From Schizochytrium sp. TIO01 (taxonomy: Eukaryota > Protista > Bigyra: Labyrinthulomycetes), in contig SMSO01000034.1 in the NCBI GenBank assembly GCA_004764695.1, forward strand, positions 3,348,001 through 3,412,000: 64,000 bases of DNA, written 5' to 3'. This document shows positions 23,699 through 34,254 of this stretch, in pieces. The notes below the pieces were generated by a model, which saw only the letters and a list, made by a program, of their open reading frames with translations, had not been told where the DNA came from and did not search any database. The first letter of the stretch is position 1. The number at the start of each line of letters is the position of its first letter. Position numbers and translations under genes: made by a program.

Positions 23699-24205
23699 TT
23701 GTCACTTTATAATGGAGCCATCTCTCACTAACAAGGAGAGTGGTTGTTTTTCTACATCCACAGTCATCCGATATCTCAACCTTCTTCGTGTTGTCAGTCT
23801 GACTTCCCCACAGCCCCTCCGAAAGTTTCATTGAGGGCTGTCTTCTCTCAACTTTATGAGGTGACATCTTATCCATTGGTTCTATCATTATGAACACTTG
23901 TACATGAATTTGGGGAGTTGCAGACACGGAGTAGAGATCTCGTCTATTTTTTTTTTTATAATTAGAATAATAGAGTTTGGGAGTTTGTAAATGAAAGTGA
24001 CCTAAACGGTTTTTCTTGAGAGTGTTGTTACTATGTGTTACAAAGTTCTTGTCAGCCAGAATATCCTTGATTGTATAATGCTGCATGCCCGAGTTGTTCT
24101 TTTGTACTCATTTCTCTCTTGTAACGGAAAATATGTAGCAGCATTGGAGCACAAAAAATGGTCATCAAATAATGAGGCGGTGTTGCTTGCGAATCTTCTC
24201 CTCTA

Positions 24206-25585
24206 TCACAACAGAATCACATCTTCTTCGTCATCATCGCTCGTGTCGTCGTCAACCCCGTCAAGGTAACCTTCACCATCATCATCGTCATTATCATCAT
24301 CGCCAAAAGAAACTTCTCCGTCGTCGCTTTCTTCTTCCTCAATGAAAACAGGTTCGAACTCTTGGGCGTCTTGCTCCATCTCCTTGCGCCGCTGCTGTTC
24401 CCTGCGGAGTCGCTCCTCCTCCGCTTCTTCGGGTGTCATGCGCACTGTTGAAACATCCTCCTCGGCAGCCGTAGATGAGGATTTTTTGGCTGTCTTGCGA
24501 GACTTTGCTCTAGAATCTGCAGGCGAAGCCTGCTGCTCTGGACGCTTTACTGGTTTGCGAGTTACCTTGACCTTGTCCTTGATGGGTGAGTTGAATTTAC
24601 CATTCGAAGCCAACGTATCCTTAAGGAACTCACGTATCTCTGTTTCAGTATGTTGAACATCACTTGGCGAAAAAACGCGAAAGCTGCCCCTTTGATAGAG
24701 AACCAGCTGTTGCTTCTTCCGAGGGGCCTTTTCAGTCTCGAGCATTTGCTTTTCAGTGCTCAGGGTGTATTTTGAGCGGTCTAAGTGGGCCCAGCGCAAC
24801 AAGGGGAAGTCTTGTCGCAGAGTTTTAGCAACTGTTTTTGTTGAGTAGAGAGGGTCTCCATAGCCTAGGAAAAGCGCACATTGCTTTCGTTGAAGACAAT
24901 GTTTTGTAAAAGTGTCGGTGTCCTTGATGTGCGTGAGTCTGTACCTGTTCGAAACGCGGTCCTTGACAGCCTTCGTCAACTCAAGACCTTGAGGAACTTG
25001 CGACGGATCACCAGCTGTCTCGGTTGTCTTTTTTTGAGACGAAGTTTTGGACTTGCGTCTTTTCTTGGAAGCTGCTGTAGCAGACGTTGATGTCTTTTTC
25101 AGTAGTTTGGGGTCCAATTGGAGGGGTCGATCTCCACCCTGAGCTAGAAAGAGAACCGGACCTCGTGTTGTGTTTAGAGCAAGACGTTCGTAAATTGTCG
25201 ATCCAGAAGGGAGTACGTGGCTGCAGTCAAGTACACCCGTTCTTGCCACGTCTTGATTTAGAAGTCGAATACCAGCTTCTACAAACGGTTCCCTGAGTTG
25301 GTCATCTTTAAGGGCCTTTGGGCTATCTCTGCATAGCAGAAGCCATGGTGCACCGCCAAAAAGAACACTTTGCAATGTTTCGGTGTCGGATGCGTCGAGG
25401 TACTCCACAGACTGCGATTTGGTCAGGTTTTCGTTGGCAAGATAGGCTAGTGCAAGCAATATGGCGATGGCGCCGCCAACGCCTCCAATCCAGAGCAGGC
25501 GATCTACGCGTTGCTCGCGACTTTTGCTTTCACGAGCAGCTGCCTGCACAGCTTTGCGTCTTGCTGCCTTGTCCTCGGCGCCCAT
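24206..25585 (-). CDS. Single-pass membrane protein with probable thioredoxin-like folds and acidic C-terminal tail
   Basis: 459-aa ORF with an N-terminal TM helix and PWLLLC, TGVLDC and CALFLG segments typical of non-catalytic Trx-like domains (inference). Confidence 0.75.
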   Translation of the reverse strand: MGAEDKAARRKAVQAAARESKSREQRVDRLLWIGGVGGAIAILLALAYLANENLTKSQSVEYLDASDTETLQSVLFGGAPWLLLCRDSPKALKDDQLREPFVEAGIRLLNQDVARTGVLDCSHVLPSGSTIYERLALNTTRGPVLFLAQGGDRPLQLDPKLLKKTSTSATAASKKRRKSKTSSQKKTTETAGDPSQVPQGLELTKAVKDRVSNRYRLTHIKDTDTFTKHCLQRKQCALFLGYGDPLYSTKTVAKTLRQDFPLLRWAHLDRSKYTLSTEKQMLETEKAPRKKQQLVLYQRGSFRVFSPSDVQHTETEIREFLKDTLASNGKFNSPIKDKVKVTRKPVKRPEQQASPADSRAKSRKTAKKSSSTAAEEDVSTVRMTPEEAEEERLRREQQRRKEMEQDAQEFEPVFIEEEESDDGEVSFGDDDNDDDDGEGYLDGVDDDTSDDDEEDVILL

Positions 25586-27863
25586 TATTGGCTTCTCTTG
25601 AATGCGTGTTTATACGTTTGCGGGAAACACACAAGGTGACTTGAGTTTTTCAAGCTCCCAATCTTTTTTTTAATGAAATAAAAGGGAGAACCGTCTGAGA
25701 GTGCTCTCAATATCTTAAAAGGTAGTATATAGATTCTACCAGGCATGTACCTTTTTCTCTTTTTTTTTGCTGAATCAAAAAGTCATGCCAGACACTGACT
25801 CATTGCAGTCAATCCCCGCCTTCTAGGTGTTCTCACGCAAACGATACTATATTGCTCGGAAACCCCGTATTGTAGCATCATTGTAATTACAGATTGTGTT
25901 TTTCTGACAGACAAGAAAACATTTTAAAATTATCATCACTAATAAGTGCGATGCATCTGACAGCAACTGTCTTTTATCATGACCTCTTAGGATCACAACT
26001 CTTTGTTCTTGCGGCTGTGAGATAATCCTCATCTTTTAAGTTATAATAAAACTAAAAACGAACAAGAAAAATGTTGTGCCCACGCTGCGAATTCGCGAAT
26101 GTACCATCATCCATGTCAGTAATTTGCTATGAACATCGGTATTTTAAAAAAAAAAAAAAAGGAAATATTTATATATATATATATCGTTAATTTGGCATCG
26201 CTACTTGCTAAGGGATGTTTTACCGTCGATGTGATGCCCCCGTAATTTTACCTGTGTCTTCATCCTTCCCTTTGGAAACATACATTCACATCCTAAGCTT
26301 TTGGACAATAATTTCTCATTTACTCGCCTCACCTTGTATACCCCAGCTTTTCTTCAAGCCCTATGTCGAAAGAAAATCGCAGCTTTTCCCACAGCCTTTA
26401 GCCGCATTTGCACTGCCAAAGACGGCAATTAACTTGTAAAGTGTCCAAATCTCTTCTTCTACATTTGTCCAACTTTGTTCATCCCCCACAAGCAGCCTAC
26501 AGCTGCATGTCTATTCTTGCCTTCGGTCCCCATCCCCTCCCTCCCTTTCGCACATCGGTTTGCATACAGCCTTGTATTTACTTACTTCAGTCCTCGTCTG
26601 GGAACGCCTTCTCCACGGCTTACGATGGCCTTCGTTCCCTCCGTTCCCTTCCAACTCGATCTGACCACGGTTAGGTTTGGCGCTCTAACCTAACCTGATC
26701 TCTTCGCTGCATCTGCGGCGACCCTCGAGTTGACCTGCTTTGCTCAGCATAGGTGTGCGTAGCCCTCGCTATGCACTGCTAGGCGGAGGACAGATTCAAT
26801 GCTTCAACTTGAGATGACTCTCTCTAGAGATTAGATGGAGGAACATATCAATCTCTATTGCATCGCTTTCGTGCGATTGGTGCTCTTTAAGAACGGTCGA
26901 ACGAATGTCCGGGATAGATAGCACCTTCTACGATGATCATGATCACATGCAGGTGTCGCTTGGAACGTAGGTACGTAGTTTTGTTTTAGTTGGTGTATGT
27001 TTTCAGCCTGAGATAGATAAATAATATGTAATGAATGGGTTGTTTTGGCTTTTAGACGGACCTGGAGTACCTACTCCTTCCATAACTAGGAAGGTGGTAG
27101 CGCCTTCTACTTTGTCATCCTTTACGTGGATTCGCCTTTGCAGCAACGTAAGTCAGTCAATCAGCCAAACAGTGAGCCAGTCAGTCAGTCATTCAGCATG
27201 GCGCTTCAGGACAATCACAGGACATGTGTTCGTCCGTTCCTCGCGATGCTTCAATCACAATACTCTGTTTCTGTCCAAGTGCAGCCGCACTTAGACAGCC
27301 CTGCGGCCTACTGTAGGCTATTGTATAACCTACTTCAGCATTTCTATATCTCACTTTCCACCGCCTATACTTCACTTGTGCCTCCTATACCCTACTTTCC
27401 CGACTTTCCTGCTACTACACGGGATAAGTGACTTCTACCCCGGACACTCCTATTCTGCCTTTAGCCTAAACCCATAGGCCCTCCCTGCTGTGCTCTGCGG
27501 TCGCTGCCAGCTAAGAGTGTGCTAAGGGTCCAGCTATGCGATTGCGTAGGCCTGCATAGGAGTCCGGGTAGCTAGCAAGCACATTAGTTGCGCACCTCGA
27601 AAACTACTCGTTGATCGTGGATCATCTCTCTCCATCGGGGGAAAACCATCGCCAGATCAGGGCGAGCAGAAAGCTCGACCTGAGCAGAGCCAAAGCATCT
27701 CCTGCTGCTGCCTGGAACGCCTCTGGCGAGCGAGCTGGCTAAGCTGAGGCCAACGTTATTCCCTCGCATTCACCCATTCATGTCATATATCATCTGCTAT
27801 AGAGGAGACAGTAGGTACGTAAGAGCAGACATACATATAACATATATAAACATATATGTGTAT

Positions 27864-27867
<4 letters not shown>

Positions 27868-27894
<27 letters not shown>

Positions 27895-28232
27895 TGATTG
27901 AATGATTGATTGATTGATTGAATGATTGATCGATTGAATTACATGAATGTAGGAACGTAAAATGGTGAAATGAATGTGATGCGTGTATGAATGTATGAAT
28001 GTGATGCATGTATGAATGTATGAATGTATGAATGTATGAATGTATGAATGTGTGAATGTATGAATGTATGAATGTGTGAATGTATGAATCTATGAATCTA
28101 TGAATCTATGAATCTATGAATCTATGAATCTATGAATCTATGAATGAATAAATGTATCAATGAATCAATGAATCAATGAATTTATGTATTGATGTATTGA
28201 TGTATTGATGTATTGATGTATTGATGTATGTA
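27868..28232. repeat. Compound microsatellite: (GATT)n, (GAATGTAT)n, (GAATCTAT)n, (GATGTATT)n
   Basis: Read directly from the sequence. Confidence 0.95.
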
Positions 28233-28823
28233 TGCATGTATAGGTAGGTACATTTAGATGGGGTTGTTATTTTCCGACTGAGAGATCACGTGTGACAGCT
28301 GAGATCTTCTCCTTGAGCTGCACGCTCGCACGCACGCATGTACTGCAAGGCTGACGCAGGTCAGCGCAGATGCTGACTTATCGACCGCAGCGCGGAGGGC
28401 TCTCCATTTGAGACGCGTGGGTGAATTTCCAGGAAACTAAATGACGAATCAATCGCGCGAATTGGCCGCAGCATTGAATCGTTTCGGCTATAGGCGTCTG
28501 TCTGTCTGTCTGTCTGCGCAAGTGAGTTATCCATTTGCTGCACTGTAGCTGCCTCTATACCCCACTTCCAGTTGTATAGTCTATAGTATCTGCTGCAGTG
28601 CTGCTTCATTCGCCCTCGAGTCGAAGCCACTATATTCTACATATTGTTAGTATTACTGACCAGCAACAAGAAATAACTACGAAGAAGGAGGGAGAGAGAG
28701 AGAAGAGAAAACGAAGAGCGTGGCGGTCTTGACGAGCAGCCAAACAGGCAACGACCCTTCTACGCTCTCGCTCCCGGCCTCTGTTATCTTCTGCTTCCCG
28801 GTGTCCGGATCTCTTAGTGCACA

Positions 28824-29648
28824 ATGGCGTCTGCGATTCGCGCCTTCCTTCATGGCACCGGCCCCGTGGTGACCCGCGCCGGCGTGGCCATCGAGTCTCT
28901 CGGCTCCGCTCTGGGCGGCGCCTCTGCTCGCTCTGCGTACGTTGCCGCGAAGCAGGTGACTGATGCTGACTGGCCTGAGCTCGCCTCTCCTTCGGACTCT
29001 GCTCTCGTTCGCACGTCATTCCCTAACTTTGTCGCTCCCTCGGCCTCCGTCTCATCATCGGCCAAGATTGCTGATGGCGCCTCCGTCTGGTACGGCGCCA
29101 CTGTCTCTGGTGACGTCTCTCTTGCTGAGGGCTGCGTCGTTCTCTCTGGCGCCTCCGTCGTCGGCTCTGCCTCTGTTGGCGCCGGTGCCCTTATCTCTGC
29201 CCGTGCCAGTGTCTTGGACGGTGCCAAGATTGGTGAGGGCGCCGTGGTCTCCGCTGCTGCCACCGTCGGCGAAGGCGCCGTCGTTGAGTCTGGTGCTCTT
29301 GTTGGCCCTGGTGCAAAGGTTCCCAAGGGCGCCGTTGTCCGCTCCGGCGAGTTCTGGGCTGGCAGCCCCGCACAGAAGGTCCGCGACGTCAAGGCTGGCG
29401 AACTCGAGGCTCTTGCTCAGGACGCCGCTGCCTTCGCGAGACTCGCACCCGAGCACGCAAAGGAGGCCGCCAAAGATGTGTTCCAGGTCTTCGCCGAGCG
29501 CAGCCACTACGAGAACCGTCTCTTCTTCCTTGACGAGAACATCAAGGAGGTTAACGACCCGCTCACCTACTTCAACGTCACCCCCGACCCCAACCTCAAC
29601 CCGGAGCGTGGTGGCCTTGTTTTTGACAGCAAGATTGAGGCCAAGTGA
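28824..29648 (+). CDS. Gamma carbonic anhydrase-like hexapeptide-repeat protein (probable mitochondrial complex I accessory subunit)
   Basis: N-terminal G...RAG.AIESLGSAL, FVAPSASV, ASVWYGA.V.GDV, left-handed beta-helix hexapeptides and GEFWAGSPAQKVR; highly biased codons. Confidence 0.88.
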   Translation: MASAIRAFLHGTGPVVTRAGVAIESLGSALGGASARSAYVAAKQVTDADWPELASPSDSALVRTSFPNFVAPSASVSSSAKIADGASVWYGATVSGDVSLAEGCVVLSGASVVGSASVGAGALISARASVLDGAKIGEGAVVSAAATVGEGAVVESGALVGPGAKVPKGAVVRSGEFWAGSPAQKVRDVKAGELEALAQDAAAFARLAPEHAKEAAKDVFQVFAERSHYENRLFFLDENIKEVNDPLTYFNVTPDPNLNPERGGLVFDSKIEAK

Positions 29649-30806
29649 GCGGCGTGGAGCAGCAGATGACAGAAGGCGGACTGAGATGTCTGGAGACATT
29701 CATGAATTCATGGATACATTCTGGCATCAACGAACGCCGGCAAGGGCGTCTTCGCTGGCCTCCTGGCAAGCTTGATAGCCTTTGCTTTGCTTAGCTATGC
29801 TTGGCTTTACTCTACTTTGCTTTACTACTTACTTTCTTACTTACGTACCTACAATCACTCACTCAAATACTTACTCACTCACTCACGCATCCAATGCAGC
29901 CGATGCGACTCTTCATAATTGACCCCACCAATACCTTCGCATTTGCTCGACTTCTTCACTCTTTCAATCACTCACTCTCAAAGTGGTATGCTGCTGTGCA
30001 AAATCTTCACTACGCGGGAGGGAGCTTCAGAGCAGCCTAGAATCAATGAGTCTGCTTTTCCTGAGCTTAGCTTAGTTTAGCCTTTGGCTACCTGGCTTGT
30101 TGAGCTATCTAGCCGGATGTTCATGCTCCCTCCCCGCCCTCAGATATCCCGCCCTCGGGATATCCGAGTAGTCGGTCAGCGGCTTGAGGGGCTCCCCCCT
30201 GACGCCGCAACCCAATCGCATGCCTTAGCTAGTCATTTCTTTCATGGCCGCGTGCGTCGTGAACCAAATTCATGAACTCAAAAATACTTACCTAATTACC
30301 TTTCATCGACCTCTTGTTTGTTGACTCCATCTCCCTCTACTTGCTCAACTATAGCAAAGCAAACGTAATTTGCTGAAGCTTCTTGCTACAGATAGACCTC
30401 TGTGCTCATCATCTTTAGATTTCTCAGATGACCACAGTGTGGATATTGTGATTTTGCGGTTGCCATTCTATTCAAACTGAAACCACTGTCGGGCATGGGA
30501 ACATTGACAGCTTTGCGATGACCCCAACAAAAAATATTTGGTGGTTTATCTTTCTAGTACCAATCACCAAGAAGCATATGTCATAGACTTCTTAAGTGTA
30601 AGCTTTTGATTCATGTAACACATCTCTGTCAGAAGGAGAAAATGAAGAAGCTCTTATTTCAAACTTTAAACTCTACGTGTACTTAGCATCTGCCAGAAGG
30701 AGAAAACGAAGAAGCTCTTATTGCAAACATTATATTCTAGAGTACCTGTATGCATTCTTCAAGAATGTCCAACATTTATGCATTTTGAAAAAATGGAACT
30801 ATGCTA

Positions 30807-33695
30807 TCAAGCCTTGATGGTTTTCTTCTTGCGCTTGCCAGCTGATTTACTTTTGCTGCTGCTCTTGGCACTAAGCTGAGACGCACCACCTTCACTTATT
30901 GCACTGGCAGTGCTAGCGCCACGAAAAGTACCTAAGCGAGAACCAAATTGTTGCGTGTCGAGCTTTACTTTGGGTTGCTGAGTCGAACCATCTCCGGCAA
31001 TGTAAGCTGGAACTATCTTACGATTAGCACGTCGGATCGCCAGATCCAAAAGAACATCCTTTTGGAAAGAGGGTGCTTCTGGAAGTCGCACTTCAGGGCC
31101 TCCCTTCTGTTTTCGTGCAAGAATTCTGGCTTCTTTCGCTCGAGCCGCCTTTTCCTTACGTAACTTCTCTTTATTCACACGAATAGTTTCTGCACGAGCT
31201 TCACGCAAAGCTCGTTTTTGATCCATGGTCATGAATGCCTCCTCAACTTCTGCTTCGAGGGAATCTTCCTCCCTCTCTGAATTATTAAAATGGGCATATC
31301 CAATGGACTGCCTTCGTATTTGTTTCCCAACTTCCTTTGCAGTATCAGAAGGTAGATAACGGAGTGGAATGTTCGCAAGCACCTCCATCCGAGCGCTTTC
31401 TTTAGCTTCTTCTGCGCCTACTGTGCTTAGCTCTTCTCGTTGTGTTAATGGAAGTCCCTTTATGAAATTCATGGTCTCTTCATCACGTTCTTCCTGAAAG
31501 TGCGCCTGCTGATGCCGACGAATGACCTGAGTATTGTACTTTTGCGTAAAGCGCACAGCATGCTTTGCAATAATTTTGGGATGAGGGCGTCTCTGAGGGA
31601 CATACAGACCTACAAAAGGCAGCAAATCATCGGTTCGTGCCTTTAGTACGTCTTTGCTCAGAGGAAAGCTATCTCGCTCAAACTTTTTACCTTGGCCAGG
31701 GAGACGTCCACTTGCACGAGTAGAATTACTGTCCCCCGAAAGAGGACTTAACTTTTCTGCCTCTTCATCCTCCTCTTCTCCCGAACTGTACAATGTATGA
31801 ACGCTGCCTTCTTGTAGCCCTAAATTAAGCTTGTCACGAAAAGACGTGTATTTGTTTGTTGATTTTCTTCTTGACGAAGTGGACTTTTTCTTCTTGAGTT
31901 GTGCGAGATTCTGTAAAGCTTCTATCGATTCATCATTCATTGTCTCCTTCCTTTGTTCTCCTCCATATTTATCACTCTCGTTTTCTCGCATTTCCTCTGT
32001 AAGATCAGAGCTCGATCCTTCTTCTATAATATTGGTGAGAGATGGTGCTTTACTATCTTCTGTTTCATCACGATTTTTGTCTGAAAATTGGTCTTCTCGC
32101 CCTAAGAGAGAGTGGCAAGACCCCGGAGAGCCAATAGTAGCATCATTAAACAAAACCACACTATCAGCCTCGCCATCATCACCATCATCTGGAAAAGCTA
32201 GCATGCTATTCACATCTGGCTTAGGCTGGTGTGCATCTTCTAGAGCATGACGAAGATCCCATCCCTTTCTTTGAAGATTTGCTGCAATTCGAGAATATAG
32301 CGCCTCATCTTGAATGAAATCTCTCACCACTAATCCATCCTCAATTGCACTGCCGTTCAAAATACGATCATGCAAAACCTGACCCAAAAGCTCGACCACA
32401 TCTCCCGAGACTGTTCCCATCTTTTGACACAAAGCCCGGCACGTCTTTATTGCTGTCCGTTGTAGTTCATAATTGTGAATATTAAGCATTGACCCAACCA
32501 ATGCTTTCACCAACCCACAATAACAAAGAGTGGATAGCTCGTCTGAAGAGGCACTCTCTACAACAGAACACAGGATGTTTCCAATACGGGTGCTTGCAGG
32601 CAGTGTTTCCTGGTTACGACTTGCATACGCTTTAGCGCTATCTTGTGACTCCAAGCGCAGCGTATATAATAGATTGAGCATCGATTTTGTCACCAAGGAA
32701 AATAGTCCACGTGAGCGAAGCAACTTCTTAACTAAACTTTCCCCGTCAATTTGCAAGGGTGCATCTTGCTCTTGCAAAAGGTAGAGGGTAGGATCAATAA
32801 ACTCGGGCAATATTTCGTCAAAACATAGTTCAAAGTTCAGGCAAGAACTGGAGATATCTAGCAGCTCTTCCACAAGCACACTTGCTGTTCGTTTTGCCCG
32901 CACGTTTGGCACCTCTAATAAACTCAGTAGGTGGTATGAACATGTAGTAGCATGAGCTGGGTTTTCGGTTGCTAATATCCTAATAAGAGAGCCTGCAGTT
33001 TCTTGTACATTTAAGTCATATGAATATGTCATACATTCCTTAATGGCATCAAAACAAAGATAGTCGCACATGACAGTCTTTGCAGTCTGATCCATCTTGG
33101 CTAGGGTAATAAGAAGTTTTAGAGCTGCAATCCGGATTGCCTCGCTGGAACTTTCCATGGCAATAAGCTCGAGCACTGTTACAACAGTACTGCTTGCAAG
33201 AAACTCCCGCATGGTATCGCTGTTACTTTCTACAGTATGAATAATAATATGGATGGCCTCAATCTGCAAATCAATGGAAACACCGACAAGATATGTAAGC
33301 CTCAGCCAAGCTGTGAGCCGCGAAAGCATAAGGCCTAACCCTTTGCCATACTTTGCCTCAAGAAGATCGTTTGGAAAATTTGCATGATTGAGAATAAATT
33401 CACGAAGCAAATTAACCCTTACCTTTTTGGATGCATTATCCCATTGCCCTAGCCAGTCTCTCAGGCGATCTTGCGCAGCTTGGCGTTCCTTGCGTAGTAA
33501 GACAGCTGATTCGACACCCAACAGATTTGTACTCGCATCATCACTTTGATAGTTATGTCGATTTCGTGGCGAACGTGCTCCTTGGAAATGTCGAGGTGAC
33601 GCTCTTCTTGATGCTGGACTTGCTGGGGCTCGTGGTACCAGTGCATTCGACCGTGAAGATAGCGAAGAAGGTGACGATGAGAATGACGACAACAT
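30807..33695 (-). CDS. ARMH1: Armadillo-like helical domain protein 1 (ARMH1/C1orf228)-like with long charged C-terminal extension
   Basis: RLRDWLGQWDNASKKVRVNLLREFI...LEAKYGKGLGLMLSRLTAWLRLTY...EFLASSTVVTVLELI matches the ARMH1 N-terminus as I recall it. First ATG is at 33695. Confidence 0.8.
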   Translation of the reverse strand: MLSSFSSSPSSLSSRSNALVPRAPASPASRRASPRHFQGARSPRNRHNYQSDDASTNLLGVESAVLLRKERQAAQDRLRDWLGQWDNASKKVRVNLLREFILNHANFPNDLLEAKYGKGLGLMLSRLTAWLRLTYLVGVSIDLQIEAIHIIIHTVESNSDTMREFLASSTVVTVLELIAMESSSEAIRIAALKLLITLAKMDQTAKTVMCDYLCFDAIKECMTYSYDLNVQETAGSLIRILATENPAHATTCSYHLLSLLEVPNVRAKRTASVLVEELLDISSSCLNFELCFDEILPEFIDPTLYLLQEQDAPLQIDGESLVKKLLRSRGLFSLVTKSMLNLLYTLRLESQDSAKAYASRNQETLPASTRIGNILCSVVESASSDELSTLCYCGLVKALVGSMLNIHNYELQRTAIKTCRALCQKMGTVSGDVVELLGQVLHDRILNGSAIEDGLVVRDFIQDEALYSRIAANLQRKGWDLRHALEDAHQPKPDVNSMLAFPDDGDDGEADSVVLFNDATIGSPGSCHSLLGREDQFSDKNRDETEDSKAPSLTNIIEEGSSSDLTEEMRENESDKYGGEQRKETMNDESIEALQNLAQLKKKKSTSSRRKSTNKYTSFRDKLNLGLQEGSVHTLYSSGEEEDEEAEKLSPLSGDSNSTRASGRLPGQGKKFERDSFPLSKDVLKARTDDLLPFVGLYVPQRRPHPKIIAKHAVRFTQKYNTQVIRRHQQAHFQEERDEETMNFIKGLPLTQREELSTVGAEEAKESARMEVLANIPLRYLPSDTAKEVGKQIRRQSIGYAHFNNSEREEDSLEAEVEEAFMTMDQKRALREARAETIRVNKEKLRKEKAARAKEARILARKQKGGPEVRLPEAPSFQKDVLLDLAIRRANRKIVPAYIAGDGSTQQPKVKLDTQQFGSRLGTFRGASTASAISEGGASQLSAKSSSKSKSAGKRKKKTIKA

Positions 33696-34254
33696 CTTCC
33701 TCCACGAGCTTCTCTGGCCTCCAAGGCCAGCAGTTGTCGCCCGAATGCCCAAAGCTTCAGACCTACTTTCTCTTACTTCTTCGCAGCATCGCCTTCTCCT
33801 GTGGCCGGATGATAAGTTCTATCTCGCGTTCTCATCTCGAAAGTATCAAAAATCAGCAGGAAGTAGTACACACCGTTTCCATGTTAATCTAATTTTCTTC
33901 TTTATTTTTATTTCCAATAGCAACAAATACCACTGGCATGGCTGCTTCACTTTAGTTCTAAATCCTCAAGACTTGAAAAGACTGAGGATCCTTCAAAACT
34001 GACGTTTAAGGCACTGCCTCCTTTCAACATGAATTTAGTCCCACAACAGCAGCATTCACATCATGATCAAAGATAACAATTTAATCTGAGAACATCCTTT
34101 TGTCGGATAAACCTTTCATTTTAATATAAGTCCGGAAATAAATGTAATATGCTGAGGTTTACCCGAGGTCTGCCGGGATGGTCTCAGAGCAAAAGCAAAG
34201 CACATACATTGTGACTCCATCCATCGTCCCGCAAGCTGAGTATTGCGAGGCACA

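Noticed and set aside
26669-26695. Hairpin GGTTAGGTT-N9-AACCTAACC with a telomere-like TTAGG core
   Set aside because: An isolated 9-bp stem with no array or associated element.
28850-29775. Long overlapping alternative and antisense ORFs over the gamma-CA-like gene
   Set aside because: Expected shadows of GC-rich, strongly biased codon usage.
30621-30728. Two ~35-bp direct repeats 64 bp apart (CAGAAGGAGAAAAYGAAGAAGCTCTTATT)
   Set aside because: Only two imperfect copies in a 3' flank; a simple local duplication, not CRISPR.
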